From positions 4,641,543-4,705,542 of the forward strand of contig BFEA01000011.1 of assembly GCA_003427395.1 (NCBI GenBank): 64,000 bases of DNA, written 5' to 3'. The stretch comes from Chara braunii (lineage: Eukaryota; Plantae; Charophyceae). The notes beneath the pieces are model-generated. The model was given only the letters and a program-made list of their open reading frames with translations, searched no databases and was not told where the DNA came from. This document shows, one piece after another, positions 1 through 10,849 of the stretch (position 1 is its first letter; each line of letters begins with the position of its first letter). Position numbers and translations under genes: made by a program.

Positions 1-464
1 CAACATGGACATATGACATGCACTACTGGAGTCCACCCTTTTTCTCACTAGTCCCCCCCAGTCCCATACATCCCTAGACAACTGCAAGACCTATTTCCTC
101 CCCAAACGCTTCAACTACAATCTGCAGCATAGTCTCTTCAGGGGACCCCAAGACTACGCAGGAACATTTCAGACCTGGACCTTCCAGAGCGATGTGGTCA
201 GGTGGTACTGTGGGCTGGGTGGTCTTATGTGGGCCGGATGATGCTATGTGGGCTGGGCTGTCCCTCTTCCCCCCATCCCCACAGAGAAAAAGGAACCCCT
301 CAAAGAGAACGCCCCCTAGAAGAGAACCTATGTGCAATGAACCTGCCTTGTGGAGAAACACGGACCACACACGCCATTAACTCTCACTTGACCAACATGC
401 ACAAGGCAAAACAAGGCAATTAACAGAAGTAACACAAGCCGCCTTTCGCGCCCCCAACAACCAA

Positions 465-791
465 TTATTAGCAGAATTGACAGAGAATCTGAGAGAAATG
501 ATCGATCACATGAGCACAAGAATGTACACTGTTGATGATGAAAACCCTCTTTAAGGCACCCAACAACCCATTACAACAATAGTAGTTCTCTGCCCTCTGT
601 GGTCTCTGTACCAGCAGAATTTGCACAAGCCCCTTTTCACACCAAGAACAACTAGTTATTAGCAGAATTGACAGAGAAGTGAGCACACGAGCACAAGAAT
701 GTACACTGTTGACGATGAAACCCGCCTTTAAGGCACCCAACAACCCATTCAACAATAGTAGTTCTCTGCCCTCTGTGGTCTCCGTACCAGC
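465..791. repeat. Local imperfect tandem duplication (~140-150 bp unit)
   Basis: TTATTAGCAGAATTGACAGAGAA...GTTCTCTGCCCTCTGTGGTCTC..TACCAGC occurs at ~465-615 and ~656-791. Confidence 0.8.
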
Positions 792-1381
792 CCGAGTGAC
801 CACCTGTTTATCATCTCCTCTATCCTTTACTACTCTGTGTCATGCCGCAGAGTCCGGTGCCGGTTTCGCTCCTGCTGATGGACTTGAAGAGCCTGACCCT
901 GGTGGGGCTCTCCCTTCCGATCACCAGGTATCTGCCGAGTCTTCCCTTCTCCACGGTTTCCTCTTTCCCAAAGACCTCTGCGTTCAGCACCACCTTTCTC
1001 CCAGCTGCCATGGCGGCAGCATTCTTCTCAGCTGCCATGGTGCCAGCCTTCTTCTCCGCGCCAAAACTGCCATGGCGCCAGCCTTGGTCTTCTCTGACAG
1101 CCCAGCCCTTGCTGGAGCTGCCTGTTGGCTGAAGCCACTCCCTCCACCTGCTAGCGCAGCTCAGCAGTGTGCTTGTCAAATTTCCGCTGTCTGTCCAAAA
1201 CGCCTTTGGCTTACCCCGGCCTTCCTTAAGTACTTTGCCCAGTGTCGTGTTCACCCGGTAAGCGCTGCCTACTGGAGACTTCCGGGTTTGGCCTTGCCCT
1301 ACCAGGTCCCAGACAGCTTGGCCAGGCCCAATCCCTGGTGTGAGTGGGTTTTACCCCTTTGCTTGTATGCAGGGCCTCTAG

Positions 1382-1761
1382 TGTAAATTTTGTCCGACAT
1401 CATACCCGGCCAGGCGGAGACCAGAGACACTTGAATACGTCTTTCTACAGTGCCCTGGGTCGGTCTGGTTGTGGAGATGGTGGGATCGGGTGTGGCGTTA
1501 GCTAGACACGACAATCCTCGTCCGTGGAACTGGAAACCAATTATGTGGGAAACCTGGCAGTCGGAACAAGCAAGCACCTTTGAGAAAAATATGTTCACAG
1601 TGGGACGTAGAGCAATCTTTTGGGCAATCTGGTGGAAAAGGTGCATCAGTGAGATGGAAGGAATTTCCCTTGAAGGTCCAGTTGTGGTAGAGGCAATTAA
1701 GCACCAGATTAAGGTTGTTTGCAGGAAGGGCCTACGGTCCCCGCATATGTATGCTCGATAA
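1382..1761 (+). mobile_element. Decayed LINE (L1-like) ORF2 C-terminus: zf-RVT zinc knuckle and downstream W-rich motif
   Basis: Translates across frames to CKFC...ETLEYVFLQCP and RRAIFWAIWWKRC, typical of plant L1 ORF2 3' ends. Confidence 0.65.
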
Positions 1762-1946
1762 AAGGAAGAAAAATGACCACACACACGACTCTCACAAAAG
1801 TGCAACAACTAAAATATCACCTCATCACCACTAGGTGGTAATACGTGGGCTGGGTGGTATTACGTGACCTGTGTAACACCATGTGGGCTGGGTTGTGTTA
1901 TGTGGCCTGAGTGATAATATGTGAGCTGGGATGTAGCATGTGGACT

Positions 1947-2341
1947 GGCTGTTCCAGGCTTCCAGCTGAAGGGTGCTATGTCAGGTGGGTAGTACCATGC
2001 AAGATGGGCCATCTTGCATGGCTGTTCCAGGCTTCCGGCTGAAGGGTACTGACTGTTCCAGGCTTCCAGCTGAAGGGTACTGGCTGTTCCAGGCTTCCAG
2101 CTGAAGGGTACTATTGTCAGGTGGGGCGTACCATGCAAGATGGGCCATCTTGCATGGCTGTTCCAGGCTTCCGGCTGAAGGGTACTGGCTGTTCCCGGCT
2201 TCCAGCTGAAGGGTACTATTGTCAGGTGGGTAGTACAATGCAAGATGGGCCATCTTGCATGGCTGTTCCAGGCTTCCGGCTGAAGGGTACTGGCTGTTCC
2301 AGGCTTCCAGCTGAAGGGTACTATGTCCGGTGGGTAGTACC
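1947..2341. repeat. Higher-order tandem repeat of a 31-bp A unit and a ~43-bp B unit containing a palindrome
   Basis: A = GGCTGTTCCAGGCTTCCRGCTGAAGGGTACT. B contains ATGCAAGATGG-G-CCATCTTGCAT. Order is A B AAA B AA B AA B'. Confidence 0.9.
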
Positions 2342-2837
2342 AAGCATACTTTGAAGTTTGAACAGGAATATATGGCAAGATAGACAATTCGAAGAAACTT
2401 TTTGAGTTCTTCTGTTCCGAACCAGAGTCGGTAATATATTTTACTGTAGTTTATTAATTCGGATAATTGATCATAATTCCCATATTTGCAATCTCTTTGA
2501 ATGGGTCCCACATGTGTGTAAACATTCCAAACAAACTTCTAAATAATGTGTGCACCGAATGGTACCATGTGCGCTGGATGCTATTACATGTGCCAGGTGG
2601 TACCGGGTGTGCTGTCTGGTACTCTTACAGTTTCCATGGTACTTACTACCTTGGCTAAGAAACAAAACAAAATTTGAAAAGATTGATTAAAAACATGAGT
2701 TCCTGTGGAACTACTGTGTTAAACACTCAACATACGCTCTGGTCACAACATAAGCTCTCAATAAGGAATGAGATTCATCACATATAATCTACAATAACTT
2801 TCATAATAATCTCGAATTGCCTTCCGCCCGTTCCCTG

Positions 2838-2884
2838 TGGATGATATCTCAAGGCTTCCACCCTTTCAAAAAAAAAAAGAAGAA

Positions 2885-2927
<43 letters not shown>

Positions 2928-2950
2928 AGAAATGAAAAAAAAAAAAAAAA
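2838..2950 (+). mobile_element. 3' end and poly(A) tail of the tRNA-derived SINE family
   Basis: GATGATATCTCAAGG...CCCTTTC(A)n matches the 3' motif of the SINEs at 32467, 50727 and 60960. Confidence 0.6.
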
Positions 2951-3773
2951 GAAGAGAGTTCCTGTATTCTTGTATTTGGGCGTCTCTGTCCGACACTCCC
3001 TGCATTCGAGCATGCATATGAGTGGGAGTCAAAACTTCAAAAGAGAAAACGAACATGTCGGCACTCCTCTGAAACGAAAGAACGGTTTCCTCTCGTGCTC
3101 TACCAGCAGCGTGTGTGAGCATTCCATAACAAACTTCTCAGTAAAAGACAAAAATGACTCCCAGAAAAACAAAAGGGCTTCCTATGACACATCCTGATGG
3201 CACGAATAGACCGCAAAACCTGAGTGGAGATGTGCAATCGACCTTGCAGTGAGGGCACACCGATGGATTGCTCAACTGATTGACGGTAAGCGAGGAGTTC
3301 AATGCCCTGAGCACCAAGCGGTTTCCGCTGGCGGCCCTGGAGGCGACCGCCTTCAACGCTCTGCCGGCGCTGCTGGCCCTGATTCTGCCAGCCCTGGGCC
3401 CAAGGCCCTTCTGTGCTCTGCCGACCCATCTTACTCCTTAAGAGTTTATACTACTTCATAGGTAGATAGATAGAAGAAATGACAATCTCACCTTTCTTTT
3501 ACCTTCGCTTTGTCTCATCCTGGTTCCTGTTAGCTTTAGATTAGCCCAGCTTAACTTTAGATTGGTGGTACATGTTCTGCAGGTGAGGTGGGGACTTTTT
3601 TCTAATGAACTTGGCTCAGCTTGCAAGGTTGGCCTAAAACGACAGCACGGTCAAATGAGAGTCCCAGTTTGCTTGAGGTGCAGTGCACTGTATTACACGC
3701 GCCCAACTCAATAAGAAAGACTGGACTCCTTTCTGAAAGCTTTTCGTAATGGCAAAGGGGAACTGAAGGCATC

Positions 3774-6700
3774 ATGGCGATGGCCGTCCATTCACACCTG
3801 GTGGGGACGAGCGGCGCTGCGATTGGCTCAAGGGAGGCTAGTAGTAGATTCCATGTTTTCTGTGATTTCCACCTGCTGAGTGAAGGGGAAGGGCACACAA
3901 GGGTACCTTCAGTTCATGGATGCAGAAAGCAGCAACAGATCACCTGCCAATCTCCACGCTTTGTGAGATACGCTGCCGATCGTCCTGCATGCTGGCCGCA
4001 CACATCCGGTCTCCTCTTATGTGTTGGTAAGGATACCGGGGTTGGCAATCACATCGTCCGTCGACCACTTCAGCAATCAATCCTTCAACCGTTCTCTCAT
4101 CAGGCTTCACAGCCACCTTCGTCATCGTTGCTCTCGACATTGCCGTGGAAGTCCCACAAAGCATTTGATCGAAAAAAGTTTCGGGTTGCTGAGCTCGCTC
4201 ACTGCCTGTCTAGCTGTTGTCCATCTCCCCGTCCTCCTAATCGCTGCCATTTTCTTATGAAGTTGCAATTTCAGCGTCATCGCACTCAAGTCTCTGCAAA
4301 GCAAGTGGGTCATGGCCTCAAGCATTTCTTTTCCAGGACACGCCAATTGCGAATTGTGGAAGATCACCGAAATCTTGCATTTTCGGTCCATGGTGGTGGC
4401 TGCCCGAGAAGAAAGCGCTGCAGTGATGAAATGCAACAGTTTGTGGGTTCCATTCTTTTCCAAGGGCTATGTCAGGGACAGGACCTGGCGTTGCCAATGC
4501 ATACCGCTTCTAGCCCACCTTCATGTGCTCCTGGTTTGATGGCGAAGAGGAATGCCGTCCAAACAATTTTGGCTGAAGAGGCAGATGAAGTGGGTGAAGA
4601 CAGCTTGGCAGAAGGAGTTCCCGATGACTCCGAGGAGAGCATCAGAGAGCGCCTAATTCAGCTGCGAAACGGATCCTGGCCTCATGGTGCCTCGCTCGTT
4701 TTTCCCTCCTCCTTGAGCTCTGCGAAGCGGGCCTATGCACATGACCTTGCAGAACGCCTGGGCCTGCAGCACACAAGCGCGGGTAGTGCACCCAATAGGA
4801 GGCTCACGGTGAGGAGGCAAACTATCTCGGAACGGTTGCTAAGGCTCCAAGAAATGGTAGATGAAGAAGAAGCAGCTTCTCGGGCTCTGCTGAGCACAAC
4901 AGCCAGCCCTGCACAATCAGGGCAGATGCTAGAGTCACAAGGCTTGCTGCTTCGAGGAGCTGCTGTTCTAGAAAAGGAGGCGGCAGCATTTGGGAGAGAG
5001 AGGTGGGTTGTTGGCAAAGAGGGACCAGGAAGGGACCATACTCAGATGGAAAGCTTTCTACAGCGGGCCCGACCAGGCAGCAGCATCCGATTGGCCGTGA
5101 AGAACTCTGTCGGCGAGTATGTTGTAGCGGAAGGTCAGCCCGCTGGACGAGTGGCTTGGTCGAGGACGAATCGAATTTGCGTCATCTTTGATTCTCCGCC
5201 TGCTGAGGGGGATGACGAAGACGGTGCTGACACAAGGGGTAATAAACCTTCTGTGGGCTCTACGAGGAATAGCATCAGCATTCCGGGGGACAGCGTCAAT
5301 CTTCTGCTAGTCCCAGATAGTCTGACATTTGATCGATTCCGATCCACCCTCGCAGAATGCCAGCGGTCGGAAACAGAAGCGCAGGTGCAGAAGATGCTCT
5401 CTGCATTGCTCGGTACTTCACTTGATCTGGGAACTGATGCCAACATTGCGACGACTATCGGCAGCAAGTCTCCAGGGTTATTAGCACCACTTAGCTCCTT
5501 TTTTGATGAAAGTCTGAACGAGGAGCAGAGAAGGGCCGTAACGATGTGCGTAGATGGACCTCATTACGACAGTCCTTGTCCATCTCCGGTAGTCCTTGTT
5601 CACGGTCCATTTGGAACAGGCAAAACACGTACCCTTGTGGAGGTCATCCGCCAAAGAGTAGCCAACCAAGAGCGAGTGCTGGTCTGTGCTGCATCAAATG
5701 CAGCTGTGGATAACATTGCGCTTGCTCTGCTAGAGGCAGATCGCGACATCGGTTTGGCACGTGCTGGATTGACGGAGCGTGTTAACCCTCTGCTAGCTGC
5801 TCACACATTGGATTCCTTGCGCGAGAGTCAACCGGAGAGCGAGCTTGCACGGGAACTGAGGAAACAAGCGCATGCAGCTGCCGCTTCCGCTAAAAAGTGG
5901 ATTAGAGCAGCTGATGGTGGTCAGCGAAGGCGCGCCGCTCGCATGGAGGCCAACGCTTTATTCAAAGATGCGCGGAGGTTGGAGCGAGCAGCTTCCATTA
6001 CTGTTCTTCGACGCACATCAGTTCTCTGTGGGACTTTGACAGGGTTTGTGACCTCTCTCCATGACGTGGGCAGGCTGGACGATGGTGACTTGTCTCGCTT
6101 TGATTGTGTGGTGATTGACGAAGCCAGTCAGGCTACCACTCCCGCAGTGCTGATGACATTGCCATATATATGTCGGCGCGATCAAAGACAAACAGGAGGC
6201 ACTGGTGGTGGAGGAGGAGGAAGTGTAGAGAATCTCTCTCTTAGTTCTACGACCAGTGGGTCACGTCGTCCTCCTGGGGAGTGGCCAAGGCCCGTCATGA
6301 TCTTGGCTGGCGACCACAGGCAACTGCCACCAACTGTGATATCAGCTGATGTGCCTGGGCATGGTGGCGGCCTGGCGGCGACCCTCTTTGAAGAGCTTAT
6401 GGAGAGAGACGGGGGAGGTCTAGGGACCTGGAGTCTTGTTTACGGGGCGTCAGAGGTCAGGGAGGCAAAGGCGGTTAACGTGATGGAAATGGCTAAACAG
6501 GCAGCATTGTATGGAAGAGTGCATGGCTTACATGAGGAGAAAGGAGGCGAAGCGAGAAGAAAACAAAGAAGTGGGCGCATATCTTCTGCGCTGACCGTGC
6601 AATACCGGATGCCTGCCAGTCTAATGGCATTCCCTTCCGCAGCCTTTTATGGAGGATCATTAGTTGCAGGCGCTTCAACACAATCTCTTTCGTGCGTGGA

Positions 6701-7382
6701 CTGTGAGACTCTACGGAACAGAAGTGGGGACGGGTTACTGAGAAATGGGTGCTGGCTGGAAGTGATTGATACAGCAGGTGCAGGATATGAGGAAGAAACA
6801 TCGGGTGCCATCAAAAATTCAAGTAGGGATGGTGGTGCAAGGCAATCGCGAGACGGTGAGTCATTATCGACTTGCAATAGAAAGCAGGGAGAGTTGACGG
6901 CGCGCGTTGTTCAAGAGGTGATCGAATTTGGGCTTCTAGGCACGAGCCGGCGCGTAAATTTTGCAGACGTAGCAGTGGTCACACCGTACTCAGCTCAGGT
7001 GATGATTTTGAGGGAGATGCTGTCGCGAGCGGTTGCTGATGGTTTGGAAATCGATTCCATCGATGGTTTCCAAGGGAGAGAGAAGGCAGTTGTGATTCTT
7101 GACTGTGTGCGGAGCAACAATGACTCGAATGTAGGATTCTTATCAGATCACAGACGACTGAACGTCGCTATCAGCCGCGCTCGAAACAAGCTTGTCGTGA
7201 TTGGTGACTCTGCAACATTAGCTGTGGATCCTGTATGGAAACTATTCTATGATTGGGCATCTTTGTTTTCCAACCACGCTTGCAGGGGCATCGAGTCTGT
7301 TGTCTCTGAGGCTGGGAGTCATGAGACACAGCATTTTGCATACCGTTCTGTCTTCGAGTTGCCCCCTCCGGATGGATGGTGA
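3774..7382 (+). CDS. R3H-domain SF1B (Upf1/IGHMBP2/SMUBP-2-like) helicase, intron-free CDS; the real start could be later (e.g. ATG 4539)
   Basis: 1202-aa ORF. R3H motif FPSSLSSAKRAYAHDLAERLGLQHTSAG (~4700-4800), Q motif LNEEQ, Walker A GPFGTGKT (5604-5627), motif Ia AASNAAVDN, II DEASQ, III GDHRQLPP, QYRM, V DGFQGREK, VI RRLNVAISRAR. Confidence 0.92.
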   Translation: MAMAVHSHLVGTSGAAIGSREASSRFHVFCDFHLLSEGEGHTRVPSVHGCRKQQQITCQSPRFVRYAADRPACWPHTSGLLLCVGKDTGVGNHIVRRPLQQSILQPFSHQASQPPSSSLLSTLPWKSHKAFDRKKFRVAELAHCLSSCCPSPRPPNRCHFLMKLQFQRHRTQVSAKQVGHGLKHFFSRTRQLRIVEDHRNLAFSVHGGGCPRRKRCSDEMQQFVGSILFQGLCQGQDLALPMHTASSPPSCAPGLMAKRNAVQTILAEEADEVGEDSLAEGVPDDSEESIRERLIQLRNGSWPHGASLVFPSSLSSAKRAYAHDLAERLGLQHTSAGSAPNRRLTVRRQTISERLLRLQEMVDEEEAASRALLSTTASPAQSGQMLESQGLLLRGAAVLEKEAAAFGRERWVVGKEGPGRDHTQMESFLQRARPGSSIRLAVKNSVGEYVVAEGQPAGRVAWSRTNRICVIFDSPPAEGDDEDGADTRGNKPSVGSTRNSISIPGDSVNLLLVPDSLTFDRFRSTLAECQRSETEAQVQKMLSALLGTSLDLGTDANIATTIGSKSPGLLAPLSSFFDESLNEEQRRAVTMCVDGPHYDSPCPSPVVLVHGPFGTGKTRTLVEVIRQRVANQERVLVCAASNAAVDNIALALLEADRDIGLARAGLTERVNPLLAAHTLDSLRESQPESELARELRKQAHAAAASAKKWIRAADGGQRRRAARMEANALFKDARRLERAASITVLRRTSVLCGTLTGFVTSLHDVGRLDDGDLSRFDCVVIDEASQATTPAVLMTLPYICRRDQRQTGGTGGGGGGSVENLSLSSTTSGSRRPPGEWPRPVMILAGDHRQLPPTVISADVPGHGGGLAATLFEELMERDGGGLGTWSLVYGASEVREAKAVNVMEMAKQAALYGRVHGLHEEKGGEARRKQRSGRISSALTVQYRMPASLMAFPSAAFYGGSLVAGASTQSLSCVDCETLRNRSGDGLLRNGCWLEVIDTAGAGYEEETSGAIKNSSRDGGARQSRDGESLSTCNRKQGELTARVVQEVIEFGLLGTSRRVNFADVAVVTPYSAQVMILREMLSRAVADGLEIDSIDGFQGREKAVVILDCVRSNNDSNVGFLSDHRRLNVAISRARNKLVVIGDSATLAVDPVWKLFYDWASLFSNHACRGIESVVSEAGSHETQHFAYRSVFELPPPDGW

Positions 7383-8267
7383 GTGCTCCCTGTTATTTCA
7401 GGGGCCACCCCTGCGGATTGCCAAATATTTTACCTGGTAGTGAGCTCATGTCTCAATAAAAAGTCAAAATACCTCTCTCAATGACCATGAAGATGCTGTT
7501 TTTTCCCCCCTTACCTTGATAAGGAGAGGCACCTCCTCTTTGTTTTTTATCATTGGGAGAAATGTCCTGCTTAATAATCTATTAATTGATCTTTCTCGTC
7601 TTCAAATTCCCCCATAGCATCACTGTGCTGTAGTATATACCGACTGCTACACCCCTCTCACTTGAGTAATGGTATGCCAGTTGTCAGTCTGGCTCACTCC
7701 TCAGCTTTCTGTATACATCATCCTATCCCAGCCTTATACTTACCTTTTCATATGCTTGAAAGAGAGATGAAAGGATTTCACGCTGCACAAGCCCAAGTCC
7801 CAGTCCCAGAGTCCCAATTGGGCCCGGTTCCAGATGGTCCCAGGCCCAGTAAGTCCAAGTAAGTCAAGCAGCGTCCCAAGAAAGTTTGGAGACTTCAGGA
7901 ACGACACAGCATGCAGCAGACAGGCCACAGGCGACCGGTACCGGTCCAAAGCAGGCAAAGCAAGTCGGCAGTTTCTATTTATAGCTGCCACAGTGCCAAG
8001 GGAAATCAGTTGTTCATTCGCAAGTTGTGGAAGCGCTACTGGTTGCTTGTGCGATAGTGCGACTTGGACGAAGGGTGGTGCTGAGGGAGAAGCAGGCGCC
8101 CCGCGAGGGAGAAGACATCCATAGATAGGATAGGGAGGAGGTAGAAGGCGGCCATAGCCGTGAAGCTTCGGGGAGATGCATCGCAGTTTTATTCAGGGTA
8201 GATCCAAGTAGAGAGAGAGGGAGAGAGAGAGGGAGCTCATCAGTGAGGATTGAGCGATACAAGAGTT

Positions 8268-8270
8268 GAG

Positions 8271-8345
<75 letters not shown>
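8268..8345. repeat. (GA)n microsatellite
   Basis: Direct reading. Other GA/CT tracts at ~15855-15932, 19288-19430, 20654-20716, 46929-47006, 63442-63492, 63931-64000. Confidence 0.98.
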
Positions 8346-8351
<6 letters not shown>

Positions 8352-8956
8352 CGAGAGTCACCCACATCACATCGTGGGAGAGGGAGTCGGGTACTTACCA
8401 GAGTTGGGGTTGCTGTTGTTGGTTCGCGGCTGAGGCCTTTGATTGCCAGAGCTCTTCCATTATATAATAGAATCTTTTTGAGCGGAAATTCTTCGTGTGC
8501 GGATTCATGTGTCATCTTTCGGCTTGGGTGTGAACTCTCATGTGAATGACCTCTCGTCCATGTACGTACGCCCACCCTCCTTGCCTTTCTACATCTGTAA
8601 TGACATTTGTGTGTCGGTCTTCCAGTCTACCGAGTCAGATCATGATTTGAGTCGTCCGCTGTGCTACATTGTCCCATATTGTCTTGATTTTCGTTTGCAT
8701 TGCTTCATTTCTGATCGCATTGCTATTCTTGAGTCCTTTCTTTCACATTGGTGGTCTTTGCTGTCTGCGCACTGCCTATCTGATGATAGGCATTCATCAA
8801 CGGCCTCTGAACTAGCTTCCTACGGCAAGCACTATCCAGCGTCAGGCTGCAACGGCCATTTGACAACTGCACGCATTCCTGACTACGTACGGATTGAGGG
8901 GGACCGTAATTTTTTTTTTGTGTTTGTTTTGTTTTTCTACAACTGCCGATTAAAGC

Positions 8957-9065
8957 CTAAAGCTAGCCTTTAGGGTTTAGGGTAGATGAGTCTTTTTCCT
9001 TGTTTGCTATGTTTTTCTACAACTGCCCATTCTAAAGCTAGCCTTTAGGGTTTAGGGTAGATGAG
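8957..9065. repeat. Short duplication, each copy carrying two telomere-like units
   Basis: CTAAAGCTAGCCTTTAGGGTTTAGGGTAGATGAG occurs twice (~8957 and ~9032). Confidence 0.8.
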
Positions 9066-10849
9066 AAGTCCAAACAAACTCTCGGGACGATGCCGAAATG
9101 TGAACGGAAGGCAGGTCTGATTAGCAGATTTTTTTTGAGAGGCACACAGTAGAGTCAGAGTAGACAAATAAATAGTGAGTGCCTTATCATTGTTATGAAT
9201 CTTATGATGTTATCACAACTCAGAAGTCAGAACTCCGTTGCGACTTCTAATTTCTAGAGCAAGCAATCGTCGCTCATCACTTTTTTCAAGTTTTTGTGTA
9301 CTTTTGAGAATGCCGCAAGCAAGTTTTACCTGTGCCTGGAGCTTGGTCAACTTGTCATTCAAGCTATGAACCTCCTCGCGCAATGTGTCTCTCTCGATAA
9401 TCACGTGTGGATCTGTCCCGCTGCCTGCGATCTTCCTTAATTTTTGTGACTGCACAGCGCAAACAGAGGCAGGTAAGGTTCTGTTCCTTGAAATGCAATC
9501 AATCTTCATGAAATGGACTATAGGGGCAACCCCAATTGGAACACTACTGTAGACCCAGTGCTGGATAGGAGGATCACACAAGCGAGGAAGGGGAATCGGT
9601 GAAACAGAGGGACAACCCAATTGTGGAGCTAGTGAGTGAAAAGGAGCTGGACGACCCATGGTGACTGAAGGACTCCAAGAAGGAGCACGTGTATCGAGAA
9701 GAGGAGACAGGAAAGGACGTCTTTACATCTTTCTCTTCCAGATAAACTACTTCCTTATTTTCACCTCCCTGAAAGGGGAGGTAGGCTGCACAAGCATACA
9801 AAAAGCAGCGTCTTTGATCACAAGCAAATTGGATAACAGCTATCTTCCCATCGGGGTAATGAGCCAGGGAGAAGTTTCTTTAAGATTAATAATTCACTAC
9901 TACTAAAGGAGAGAGAAATTAGAGAGACACCAGCACCCCTCTTCGTCACGCCGCACGCACCAACTCCAGAGCAGGCCGGTATCATTCCCGTTGGATGGCG
10001 CACAGCGCAAGCGCCGATGTCGCGGCGCTCCCAGCCGCGCTGTGCCAACCCGGCTCCTCGAGGTTCCCACTCGACCCTCTTCTCTGTCGTTCTTCAGTTA
10101 CTCTGAATGTTCCTCCTTCCGCTGCCAGGTGGGCAAGGGGGGACCCGCCCAGGAAAAGCGGGTGGGTAAAAAAACTTGAAAAAAGAGGCAAGCACCCAAA
10201 GAAAACAAAAATCTGGACTTCGCTTGATAGAGCTGTGCTGATAGAAATCTCGGAGGTGGACAAGGACAACACACCCTGCAGCGCTATGAGAAAAGGAAGA
10301 GGGGATCAACAGACAAGGAAGCAGAAACAGACATCATTGATTACACATTGCACAAGATATTGACAGAACCCCCCATCTTGCCTCCAACAAATCCAAAAAA
10401 TGACAAAATAATAATAACATCTCGCAATGCCAGTCGGTCCTCAAGCCGACCAACCAATATGATCACACTCTTTCCGCTAGCCATCTCTGGATCGATTCTT
10501 CAGTTACTCTGAATGCTGGCAACCACCCTCACCAACTCTCTTCCCCCCACGGCTCTCCTCTTTCTCCAAGGACTCTCCCTCCCTCCCTCCCTCCCTCCCT
10601 CCCTCCCTCCCTCCCCCCCCCCCCCTATCAATCCATTTGAAAGGACTGCGACTTCCTGTCAGCTAGCGCCCCCCCCACCAGGGTATAATGTTCAACCAGC
10701 ACATCGCTGGGGCGTACCATGCGTATTAACCCCACCCGGCCTGATTCATCCTTTCGCGCTACCCAGTCCCCTTCCTTTAATGACAGGCCTCTTTGCAAGA
10801 TGGGGAGCCAGGTAAGGGGGAGGGCATCTATCATCTCTTCCAAAGTCGT

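Noticed and set aside
1947-2341. CRISPR array (also considered for 37476-37945 and 61478-61820)
   Set aside because: No unique spacers and no cas genes; these are eukaryotic minisatellites.
9213-10370. Host gene or LINE endonuclease exons
   Set aside because: Only vague resemblance; no diagnostic motif could be read.
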